Below, piece after piece: positions 30,429 to 41,908 of a stretch of DNA of 64,000 nucleotides. Source of the DNA: Macrostomum lignano (Eukaryota); assembly GCA_002269645.1 (NCBI GenBank), contig NIVC01000186.1, forward strand, positions 124,001 to 188,000, read 5' to 3'. Position 1 is the stretch's first letter. Every line of letters starts with the position of its first letter. The notes below the pieces were generated by a model, which made no database searches, had not been told where the DNA came from, and was given only the letters and a program-made list of their open reading frames with translations. The translations under genes were made by a program, and so were the position numbers.

Positions 30429-30917
30429 TGTGCTTAGCCTAGTTGACGTGTTGACGTGTACTCACAGCTGACTCGAACAGGGCCACTCTAAATACGAATA
30501 ATGGAAACCGGGGGAGTTCTCTGCAGGATTTTCGGTCTGCGGCCCGCCCCATCTCTGATTGAATTTCCCCACTGTGGGTCCAGCCTGCCGGAATCTGCAT
30601 TGCAAATGACGCCCCGGCGCAGTCTCCTAAGATGGAGCTATGCATGCAGAGATTGGAGAGGAGAGAAAATATTTTCATATTTTGACCGACAGCTAGTTGT
30701 TTGCCTATTTTAAGAAAATTTATTGGCCTGCGAAAGCCACTGTACTTAAGTTAACATTTCCACTTTCTTGTGAGGCTATGATATCAGCAAGAGTAATCGC
30801 GTATCCGTTGGAACAGGTAAATATAATTGTGAAATCAAACTCTGCGATCGGGTTTCGCGTAAACATAGAGATCGGATGAAGAAGGTGACGCCAAAGAGAT
30901 AGAGAGAAATATATGAG

Positions 30918-32452
30918 ACAGAGAGGGGACAGAGGGGACATAGAGGGGACAGAGGGGACAGAGGGGACATAGAGGGGACAGAGGGGACAGAGGGGACATA
31001 GAGGGGACAGAGGGGACAGAGGGGACATAGAGGGGACAGAGGGGACAGAGGGGACATAGAGGGGACAGAGGGGACATAGAGGGGACAGAGGGGACAGAGA
31101 GGGGGACAGAGGGGACATAGAGGGGACAGAGGGGACAGAGGGGACAGAGAGGGGACAGAGAGGGGGACAGAGGGGACAGAGAGGGGACAGAGAGGGGACA
31201 GAGAGGGGGACAGAGGGGACAGAGAGGGGACAGAGGGGACAGAGAGGGGACAGAGGGGACAGAGGGGACAGAGGGGGGACAGAGAGGGGACAGAGAGGGG
31301 ACAGAGAGGGGACAGAGGGGACAGAGGGGACAGAGAGGGGACAGAGAGGGGGACAGAGGGGACAGAGAGGGGACAGAGAGGGGGACAGAGGGGACAGAGA
31401 GGGGACAGAGGGGACAGAGAGGGGACGGAGAGGGGACAGAGAGGGGACAGAGGGGGCAGAGGGGACAGAGAGGGGACAGGGGACATAGAGGGGACAGAGG
31501 GACATAGAGGGGACATAGGGGACAGAGAGGGGACAGAGAGGGGACAGAGGGGACATAGGGGACAGAGGGACATAGAGGGGACATAGGGGACAGAGAGGGG
31601 ACAGAGAGGGGACAGAGAGGGGACAGAGAGGGGACAGAGGGGACAGAGAGGGGGACAGAGGGGATAGAGGGGACAGAGAGGGGACAGAGGGGACAGAGGG
31701 GACAGAGAGGGGATAGAGGGGACAGAGAGGGGATAGAGGGGACAGAGAGGGGACAGAGGGGACAGAGGGGACAGAGAGGGGATAGAGGGGACAGAGAGGG
31801 GACAGAGGGGACAGAGGGGACAGAGAGGGGATAGAGGGGACAGAGAGGGGACAGAGGGGACAGAGGGGACAGAGAGGGGACAGAGGGGACAGAGAGGGGA
31901 CAGAGGGGACATAGAGTGGACATAGGGGACAGAGAGGGGACAGAGAGGGGACAGAGGGGACATAGAGGGGACAGAGGGACATAGAGGGGACATAGGGGAC
32001 AGAGAGGGGACAGAGAGGGGACAGAGAGGGGACAGAGAGGGGACAGAGGGGACAGAGAGGGGGACAGAGGGGACAGAGAGGGGACAGAGGGGACAGAGAG
32101 GGGACAGAGAGGGGACAGAGGGGACAGAGGGGACAGAGAGGGGATAGAGGGGACAGAGAGGGGACAGAGGGGACAGAGGGGACAGAGAGGGGGGACAGAG
32201 GGAACAGAGAGGGGGACAGAGGGGACAGAGAGGGAACAGAGAGGGGGACAGAGGGGACAGAGGGGACACAGAGGGAACAGAGAGGGGGACAGAGGGGACA
32301 GAGAGGGAACAGAGAGGGGGACAGAGGGACAGAGGGGACACAGAGGGAACAGAGAGGGGGACAGAGGGGACAGAGGGGGCAGAGGGGACAGAGGGGACAG
32401 AGGGGACAGAGAGGGAACAGAGAGGGGGACAGAGGGGACAGAGGGGGAACAG
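30918..32452. repeat. Purine-rich (GAGGGGACA/GAGAGGGGACA)n low-complexity satellite
   Basis: 10-13 bp variant units; the plus strand is almost all A/G. Confidence 0.95.
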
Positions 32453-32979
32453 AGATCAGCCGCATAGAGAGAGATAGATCTGTAGCTCGTAGTGTTTAAA
32501 GCAGTGCTCAAAGCGGGCACTCACCCATGTCGCTAGGGACCAGTGCAATAAAGGTCTCCATATCGGGCAGCAGGCCGCTTTCGTTCATACGCTTTAAAAA
32601 TAATAATTTCTGCCTCAATTCTGTTGCAGGATAATTTGATTCCGGTTGGTATGCTTGACAGCTACTTGTTGAAAACACAGCTGACCCTGCCTCAACCCGC
32701 TCCCTTCTCGTTTGGTTAAGGCGGGGCAGCATTTATCTGCATCAAAGCCGGGCCCCAGCTTCCTCCATCTCAATCAGCGATGGCCTCAGCCGGAGTGGGG
32801 CAGCGAAAAGGGAGAGGACGGACGGGACGCCAGCCAATCCCAAACCGTATGGGGCTCTTATTTTGGGATGCGTGAAATCCAGCGATTTTAGTGTGCAAAT
32901 ACTGCCTACCGCACACAACTGAGTATACTGGATGGCTCTACTTGCACACCAAATGAAAGCGCACATGTTCTTCATTCTG

Positions 32980-33212
32980 CAGCTGTCACCCCATCTAATC
33001 TGTAGCTGTCACTCCATCTATTCTGCAGCTGTCACCCCATCTATCCTGTAGCTGTCACCCCATCTATCCTGTAGCTGTCACTCCATCTATCCTGTAGCTG
33101 TCACTCCATCTATCCTGTAGCTGTCACTCCATCTATCCTGTAGCTGTCACCCCATCTATCCTGTAGCTGTCACCCCATCTATCCTGTAGCTGTCACCCCA
33201 TCTATCCTGTAG
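32980..33212. repeat. 23-bp tandem repeat (CTGTCACCCCATCTATCCTGTAG)n, ~10 copies
   Basis: Direct reading of the sequence. Confidence 0.9.
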
Positions 33213-34114
33213 CCTTATCGCGCTCGTTCGCAGCTTATTTTCTCCCTCCACAGCCCGGGTCGATTGCCTGAATAAAAAAGAGAAATCGAAAAAGCGTAGG
33301 AAAGGCTGGCGGCCTCTTTTCCCAGAACTTTTTTGCACAGAAAATCAAACGAAAAGATTTTGAAGAGCTGATGTGCCTGAGGAGAGAGAGAGAGAGGGTG
33401 AGAGATGGAGGCAAGGAAAAGAAGGAGGGCTTGAGCAGAAATCGCCAAGGACCTCCATATCATTCCTAATCGAACCGAAGAAGTACTTGGCTCGGAACAG
33501 GCTCATGTTTAAGAAGGACACTTTGGTGCGGAAAAGCGGGATTACAGCCTGCCAGCAAGACAGCTGGCTTAGAAAAACTCGCTCTCTGACACGAAGACCA
33601 AAAAGAATATGATAGATAAAGTCAGTAGCGGGTGATAAACTTTTAGAAGGGATTTATTTTTATGCAGAGTTCCTTCCCCTGAATCTTAGCTGCCGGTTTT
33701 TGACCCTGAACTGACTGGGACGCAATGTGCGTTCAGCGGCAAACCAACTAACAACCTAATTTACGTACTGCGCTGGTAATATCAGATAGTATTGGGGCTG
33801 ACCCACATGTACGAATGGACACTATAGCAATATCCCCCATACTGCACTTCCAGTATAGCAGCGCAGGGATAAGCCCTAGCGCTGGGAAGTAATTTGATTG
33901 CGAGATGGAAGAGGCGGGGATGTAAGGAGAAATAGGGGGGAAGGAGTGTGGAGTGTGTGTGCGTGGGTGTGTGACCGGAGGAGACCACCGAGAAGACAGA
34001 AGAGTCTGAGAAACATAAATCACAATAAAAAATAAAAGTCTTTACCGGAAACAGAGGAAGAGATGAAAGTCCGAATAAGAGAGAAACAGACAAAAATTGA
34101 GAATAGACACGAGA

Positions 34115-34350
34115 GTGAGAGACAGACAGACAGGAAAGAGTGAGAGACAGACAGGAAAGAGTGAGAGACAGACAGGAAAGAGTGAGAGACAGACAGGAAA
34201 GAGTGAGAGACAGACAGGAAAGAGTGAGAGACAGACAGGAAAGAGTGGGAAGCAGACAGGAAAGAGTGAGAGACAGACAGGAAAGAGTGAGAGACAGACA
34301 GGAAAGAGTGAGAGACAGACAGGAAAGAGTGGGAAGCATGCAGACAGGAA
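34115..34350. repeat. 21-bp tandem repeat (GAGTGAGAGACAGACAGGAAA)n
   Basis: Direct reading of the sequence. Confidence 0.92.
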
Positions 34351-34734
34351 AAGTCAATGCAGTGATGCCGAATAGGGAGTCTGACTTGCAAGAATTTTTT
34401 ACAGTAATGATAAATCTTCGAGAGAAAAGGCAACAAAGAAGAATTTCAATCTATCGTTAACGTTTTATCGTTCTACAGTCTAAATTATTTGCATCGATTT
34501 GCTTGCCACATTTGGAGAAGACAAATTGCCCCGACCGAATTTGGGCCGCACTGTAAGACTGGTGCGGGTCGTAAATCATTCCGAGTCTCCCAGAGGCAGC
34601 CACATGGAAGAGAATGGTTCTTTTATGAGACATGACGCATTTCGTAGGCAGGCGATAAAAAGCACGGCTTTGGCTTGTTCTGTTAGTTCCATGGTCCTCG
34701 ACCCCTTGCCTGGGTTTTCAAAGAGATGATAGGT

Positions 34735-35500
34735 GAGAGATAGGAGAGATTAGGACAGGGAGAGCTGGGAGATAGGAGAGACAAAAGAGCTGGTAGGAAT
34801 AGGACAGACAGAGCTGGTAGGAATAGGACAGACAGAGCTGGGAGAGATAAGACAGACACAGCTGGGAGGGATAAGACAGACACAACTGGGAGGGATAGGA
34901 CAGGCAGAGCTGGGAGAGATAAGACAGACACAGCTGGGAGGGATAAGACAGACACAACTGGGAGGGATAGGACAGACACAGCTGGGAGGGATAAGACAGA
35001 CACAGCTGGGAGGGATAAGACAGACACAGCTGGGAGGGATAAGACAGACACAGCTGGGAGAGATAAGACAGACAACTGGGAGGGATAGGACAGACACAGC
35101 TGGGAGGGATAAGACAGACACAGCTGGGAGAGATAAGACAGACACAACTGGGAGGGATAGGACAGGCAGAGCTGGGAGAGATAAGACAGACACAGCTGGG
35201 ATGGATAAGACAGACACAACTGGGAGGGATAGGACAGACACAGCTGGGAGGGATAAGACAGACACAACTGGGAGGGATAGGACAGGCAGAGCTGGGAGAG
35301 ATAAGACAGACACAGCTGGGAGGGATAAGACAGACACAACTGGGAGGGATAGGACAGACACAGCTGGGAGGGATAAGACAGACACAACTGGGAGGGATAG
35401 GACAGGCAGAGCTGGGAGAGATAAGACAGACACAGCTGGGAGGGATAAGAGAGACACAGCTGGGAGGGATAGGACAGGCAGAGCTGGGAGAGATAGGAGA
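34735..35500. repeat. 24-bp tandem repeat (GGGAGGGATAAGACAGACACAGCT)n with variant units
   Basis: Direct reading of the sequence. Confidence 0.93.
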
Positions 35501-36550
35501 CAGTAGAACAGGCCTCATAATGGAGCCGCATAATCAATAATTCAAAGCGGCACGAAGACCGCCGCATCGAATCCCAGCTCTAGAAACTGGGGCGTCAGTC
35601 CCAAAGCGCGGAGAGCACTGTGCCAAGTACTTCAGTATTACTGCCACCAACGGGCCCCAGCTGCTCCAGCAGGAAACAGAGAATTGTTAATGAAATAAGA
35701 CAGCTAGGAAATATATATGATGCTAATGACTCGCCAATATCCCGCCCCAAGACAGCTCAAACGCCAGGTCTGAGCCAGCTTGATTCGAACTGTTGCCTCG
35801 GATACATCAAGGAAGCATATCATTGATTTAGGAATTTGCCCGGATAATGCATTTTTATTATTGAATTAATGTCGATGAATGGGGCAGAAAAAAAGATTTA
35901 TTGATTTATTGGTAGTCATATTGGAGCGAAATATATATGAAAAACTGAAAACAAATAACTTGAAAAATTGAGATTTTTATCTTAATCACGAAAACGCTTA
36001 AAACGATTCGTTTTCTTACGTCTCAGCACGCAAATGGCTTGCGAAAAGTTCAATGTTTATTTGCAAAAATAGAATATTTATATGCGATCACATCGTATCA
36101 TTCTACTACAGCTAAAACAGATATAGTAGTCTCTTCAGTGCACAATTTGCAAGATTATGGAATAGAGATTTCTGGGGTCATTTGGGGATAGGGAGCTTTC
36201 TATAGGCGATTTAGGGAGATTTCTATAGGCGATTTAGAGATTTTCGGGGGAAGAGTTCTGGGGAAAATGGTAGATTTTAATGAGATGATTAAGAGACGAT
36301 CATACATATAGCTGCGGTTTGAGAATGTAAAGAGAATTGTACTGATCGATTCAATATAAAATTATAGGCACAAATTTGATAATGGCAAAAACAAGTAAAA
36401 ACTGTATATGTCATTTATAATATTAAATTACGGATTTTGGCCGACAGAAGTATAGCTTATGCTTTCTGGTTACACAACATCATGTGGCAATAGTTCTATA
36501 TACAGGGCGCTAATATAATCGGCGGAGGAACTTTAATATCTAAGCTGTGG

Positions 36551-39500
36551 CTACCGGGCATAGGGCTTCATCAGCACCAGGGCCTCGTGACAGTTCAACG
36601 CTTTCAAGGACTCGCCAAGCCTCTTCAGCGTCAGCACCTTGAATCTCTTGGCCGCCTCTTCCAACACCTTCAGCGTAGCATCGTGGTCGGTAAGATTGTC
36701 CACGAGGATGTCCTCCTCCAGCGTCTCGGGAAGCTCCAGCGCTTGACGGAGACGCGTCCAGGAGCTGCTCAGCTGGGGACACGCGGCCAGCTGGCTGAGC
36801 AAACCTGTGGGATGAAGTTGAGCAAGCGATTGGTGAGTAATGGACTGCCGATAACATGACAGCTTTGCTGAGGGCCTGGGAGCTCGGCAAATGAGGATCT
36901 GGGAAGCTGGCCCAGCAACTGAGGATCTGGGAAGCTGGCCCAGCAACTGAGCATTTGGGAAGCTGGCCCAGCAACTGAGGATCTGGGAGGCTGGCCCAGC
37001 AACTGACACTCTGGGAGGGTGGCCCAGCAACTGAGCATTTGGGAAGCTGGCCCAGCAACTGAGGATCTGGGAGGCTGGCCCAGCAACTGAGGGTCTAGGA
37101 GGCTGGCCCAGCACCTGACACTCTGGGAGGGTGGCCCAGCAACTGAGCATCTGGGAGGCTGGCCCAATAACTGAGGATCTGAGAGGCTGGCTCAACAACT
37201 GAGGATCTGAGAGGCTGGCCCAGCAACTGAGGATCTGGGAGGCTGGCCCAACAACTGAGGATCTGAGAGGCTGACCTGACTTAGGAACTATGACAGGGTT
37301 TGGCAGGGGAAGCAGAAGCCCCAAGCCCGGAACTGACCGCCAGGCTGCATCGGCACGGGCTCCTCGGGCAGCTGCAGGTCGAACAGCGGGCTGAGCTGCA
37401 CGCTCTCGCCAGACTTCAAGCGGTGCCGGTACACGTTGCCCAGCACCTTACCGATGGACACGGTCGGCTGGATGCCGCTGCCGCACTGCCCGCTGGATAC
37501 GGTGCCGGTGCCGGAGTCCAGCCGCTGGACCAGTCTGCCACCGCCACCGCCGTCGAAGATGTTGACAACGCCCGGCTGCTGCGGCAGCGGCTGGCAGTGG
37601 CTCTGCACAATGTTGCGCTCCCGAGCAAGCGCAGCCGCGGCGCTGCTGCCCGAATGCTGACGCTGCCACGACTCGGCGATGTCGCCGAACGTCGGCCGCT
37701 CCTCAGGATTCAGCGCCAGCATGGAGGTCATCGCCTCGGTTAGGCTGGCGCGAAGCTTGTCGAACTCCGACACGGGAGACTGCAGAGAGGCCTGCGAAGG
37801 ACAAATAGAATTAGCACCGCTGCATGGTCAGCACCTACTGAACCTCAGCTGCACCATAAACACTCACTCATTAGTGACCTCAGCTGCACCATAAACACAC
37901 CCTCAGTAGTGACCTCAGCTGCACCATAAACACACCCTCAGTAGTGACCTCAGCTGCACGATAAACACACCCTCAGTAGTGACCTCAGCTGCACAATAAA
38001 CACTCACTCATTAGTGACCTCAGCTGCACCATAAACACTCCCTCATTAGTGACCTTAGCTGCACCATAAACACTCCCTCATTAGTGACCTCAGTTGCACC
38101 TACTCCCTCATTAGTGATGTTAATGATGTTAACATGCTTTTTATGCTAATGGCAGTTAAGAATGTTATTAACGATTCCCACCACTGATGAAGCTTAAAGG
38201 CATCACACCGCACAATAGCAGCCAGACGCACCGGGTATTGCTGAAAGCATTCGGTCTCCAGCATAGCGGCCAATCGGCCAGGCAGTTGACCATTCAACAC
38301 CATCTGCTTGTACTCGGGTATGCCTAGCCCGGAGATTCGCTGTCTGAGGCTGGCACAGATCAGGGACTCGCACAGGCACACGCCGAACAGGAAGCGATCG
38401 ATGTACACATCCGGCTGGCGCAGCGGGTCCAGCAGCAGTTCCGGTGGCCGGCGCTCGATGCCAATCCGCTGCTCAAGATCCAGGGTGTTCTGCGACACCA
38501 GCGAGTTGAGACTCTTTGATAGGCCGAAATCGCTTAGCTGTGGAAATGGCAACGCAGTATTGAGGAAGTATTTCTTTGGGGAGCAATTGAAGGTCATATT
38601 GACAGTTTCACAAGGGTGTACACAAGGGTGTACAGCGGCCCTGACTTTCATAAGGCCTGTACACTCACTGTGCCTTGACTTGCTACCCAACCTGCAAACT
38701 AACTATTCCTACCTTGGCCCTAAAGTCGCCAGTAATCAGCACATTATCGATAGCCAAATCCTTGTGCAACACGGGCGGCTCCTGTTCATCTTGCAGACAG
38801 CGCATTGCTTGGCAGACGTCCAGCATGAAGGATTGGACCAGCCAGGGGAATCTGCTGGTCTCCAGGCCCTGACAGGTAGGAGGGCGAGCGGGATACTCGG
38901 TTTCAAAAAATGAACTGATGGATCTACGGGTTGGTTTAATACTTGGGTTGGTGTGTACAGCTAGGGATTGTGTACAGCCAGGGATTGGTGTGTACAGCTA
39001 CGGACTGATGTGTACAGCTAGGGATTGATGTGTACAGCTAGGGATTGATCTGTACAGCTAGGGATTGGTGTGTGTGTACAGCTAGGGAATGGTGTTTACA
39101 GCTAGGGATTGATGTGCACAGCTAGGGATTGATGTGTACAGCTAGGGATTGGTGGGCACAGCTAGGGATTGAGGTGTACAGCTAGGGATTGATGTATACA
39201 CCTAGGGATTGGTGGGCACAGCTAGGGATTGAGGTGTACAGCTAGGGATTGATGATGTGTACAGCTAGGGATTGGTGTGTGTACAGCTAGGGATTGATCT
39301 GTACAGCTAGGGATTGATCTGTACAGCTAGGGATTGATCTGTACAGCTAGGGGTTGATCTGTACAGCTAGGGATTGATGTGTACAGCTAGGGATTGATGT
39401 GTACAGCTAGGGATTGATCTGTACAGCTAGGGATTGATGTGTACAGCTAGGGATTGATCTGTACAGCTAGGGATTGATGTGTACATCTAGGGATTGATCT

Positions 39501-40599
39501 GTACAGCTAGGGATTGATGTGTACATCTAGGGATTGATCTGTACAGCTAGGGATTGGTGTGTGTGTGTGTACAGCTAGGGATTGGTGTGTACAGCTAGGG
39601 ATTGATGTGCTGTGCACAGCTAGGGATTGATGTGCACAGCTAGGGATTGATGTGTACAGCTAGGGATTGATGTGTACAGCTAGGGATTGGTGTGTACAGC
39701 CAGGGATTGGTGTGTACAGCCAGGGATTAGTGTGTACAGCCAAGGATTGGTGTGTACAGCAAGGGATTGGTGTGTACAGCTAGGGATTGATGTGTACAGC
39801 TAGGGATTGGTGTGTGTACAGCCAGGGATTGATGTATACAGCTAGGGATTGATCTGTACAGCTAGGGATTGATCTGTACAGCTAGGGATTGATGTGTACA
39901 GCCAGGGATTGGTGTGTACAGCCAGGGATTGGTGTGTACAGCAAGGGATTGATGTGTGCAGCTAGGGATTGGTGGGCACAGCTAGGGATTGAGGTGTACA
40001 GCTAGGGATTGATGATGTGTACAGCTAGGGATTGATGATGTGTACAGATAGGATTGATGGACACTCCAGTGCACCAACTTACCGCCCGACTAAATCTATT
40101 AAGAAAGTTTCTGAGATCGCCAAAATCGCAGTGCTCCATCAGGTAGCCATTAAAAATATTGTTGCAGATGTACAGGCCGTGTACTTTTACAATATGACGC
40201 GACTGATCGCTCAGCTTTTTTAGCAAAGTGATCTCTTTTTGAAGCTTTTTCAGAGCCCTGCAGGTAGAACAGTTTGTCATGAGGCCTCCATATAGATATT
40301 GCAATTGTCAACTGAAATTCTGGATAGTGGCGAAAGCTTCCAAACTTACCAAACCTTGTCTGCAGACTCGGTGGTATTTCTAAGCATTTTGATGACACAA
40401 TGAATGCCCTGCCATTTGCATGAGTAAATATCCCCAAATGAACCACGAGCTAAAATTAATAAACAGAATAATGTTAATAAAGGTAAGTGTTAGTTCAAAT
40501 TTGCAGGAAAATTTAACTCAATTGCTTGCCTAAAAATTCCTTTTCAGAAACTTGTTCGTCAGTGACAAAGGAGAGCTTTGATTCCTGTGCTGCAGCCAT
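36551..40599 (-). CDS. 504-aa TKL-type protein kinase with a C-terminal death-domain-like region (RIPK1-like architecture), 7 exons
   Basis: Exons 40599-40530 (GC donor), 40449-40350, 40257-40083, 38868-38713, 38537-38232, 37791-37338 and 36804-36551 join in frame (1515 nt). Motifs: LARGSFGDIY, CVIK, QKEI, EPPVLHKDLAIDNVLITGDFRAKLSDFGLS, PPE, FGVCLCE, LNPEERPTF. The C-terminus SWTRLRQALELPETLEEDILVDNLTDHDATLKVLEEAAKRFKVLTLKRLGESLKALNCHEALVLM follows the death-fold pattern. Confidence 0.8.
36895..37272. repeat. 28-bp tandem repeat (CTGGGAAGCTGGCCCAGCAACTGAGGAT)n in the last intron of the kinase gene
   Basis: Direct reading; 28-aa periodicity in the ORF track. Confidence 0.92.
37838..38115. 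repeat. ~35-bp tandem repeat (AGTGACCTCAGCTGCACCATAAACACTCACTCATT)n, intronic
   Basis: About 8 copies by direct reading. Confidence 0.9.
38948..40055. repeat. 20-bp tandem repeat (GTGTACAGCTAGGGATTGAT)n, intronic
   Basis: About 54 copies by direct reading. Confidence 0.95.
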
Positions 40600-41300
40600 T
40601 GCAATTGCTCTGAAATTGATAAAAATAACAATAATAATATTTTTTCCACACTAGATATAGATTGCATTAAACTTTGGATAAACATTTATAGCCATAGTTT
40701 GGTTAGCTAATTATCGAATCATTCAGATAGTTGCTGCACATCTTTTACAAATTAATATTATTCAAAACAGAATAGGCATACCTAGTTGCAACAAATCTTA
40801 CAAAAAAGTTCCAAGACAGATGTACAAAATTGGCTATCCTTTATTGGCCAATACCCTTCTTATGTTGTCTTTGAAAGTTATTTAGGAATAAAAAACAAAT
40901 GTCTTGGCTAAAAGCTAGATATAACAACATCTCCTTAGCCTAGGTATAGAAGGTGCTAAATTGCAAATTTAATATTAATAACATCAGGGACTCCTGGGTG
41001 CACATTTTGCTTAAGGAGCCCAGCAAAGCAGACCTAGAAGGTCAGTCATACACTATTCTCAATCTGGCCCTTGAGGTAAAAAGTTTGCTGACCTTTGCAC
41101 TAAAAGCATTAGGCTTAGACATATTAGATAAAAACTATAGTAGAATGGGATTGAGAACAACATGAACTATTATATTAGCTAATACCCTTAGCTTCCAAGA
41201 CTCAATAAAGCCAAAGCTGAAAACTAGCCAACACTTGTTTAAAATTCAAAAAGGGCATTTGGAAGATCATGCTAAAAAGTAGGTAGTTCCAATCCAACAC

Positions 41301-41908
41301 CCATAGTGCGGAAGGACGGGTATACGCCAGAAATCTCCGTCGTACACAGGGATCGCCTGTCGTACATGTCGTACATCGCTAATTTTTGGGGGGCGCTATG
41401 TCGTACACTGTCGTACATGTAAACATGTTACATGTCTGTCTGTCGTACACTTGTCAATGTCATATGACTCATACGTGAAGTATAGACATAGTTAGTATTC
41501 CTTTGATGGACAATCGGACACCAGTACCAGATACTCGTAGTCTCGTAACTAACTCATAACGTCGTTGTTAACGTATTGCGTTGAAGCAAAGAAGTAAAAA
41601 TTCAATAGTTGCACTTTTCCACTCAAAGGGTAATTTAAATTATCAGTATTATATTCGTACAAACTCTTAAATTCAATTTTATTGGCGCAAAACTATACTT
41701 GACATTGCAAGCAGAAAAGTACAATATATCTGTTGTTTTACTTTGCATATTAAAAAAATGCAATATCAAGAATTTCCCGCACCTACCCACATATGTAAGT
41801 GCCACTATTTTTGTTGTACAGCACTTCCTTAAACTCTAACTCTGTCGTACAACAGGCCGAAATGAAAATTTACCTTCCGTCGTATACAGAAATCCTTCCG
41901 CACTATGG
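41301..41908. mobile_element. 608-bp MITE with perfect 16-bp TIRs and 8-bp TSD (hAT/P-type)
   Basis: TIR CCATAGTGCGGAAGGA (41301-41316) / TCCTTCCGCACTATGG (41893-41908); TSD TCCAACAC at 41293-41300 and 41909-41916; repeated subterminal GTCGTACA motifs. Confidence 0.9.

Noticed and set aside
29168-35567. Long repetitive ORFs (DRPSR, GGSIT, PLCPL, SQLCL types)
   Set aside because: They are open in several frames on both strands because they are 10-24 bp tandem repeats.
40953-41280. Decayed caspase-like gene head-to-head with the DD kinase
   Set aside because: The resemblance is a few residues only, with no SHG/QACRG motifs; the opposite strand looks like an hAT terminal sequence.
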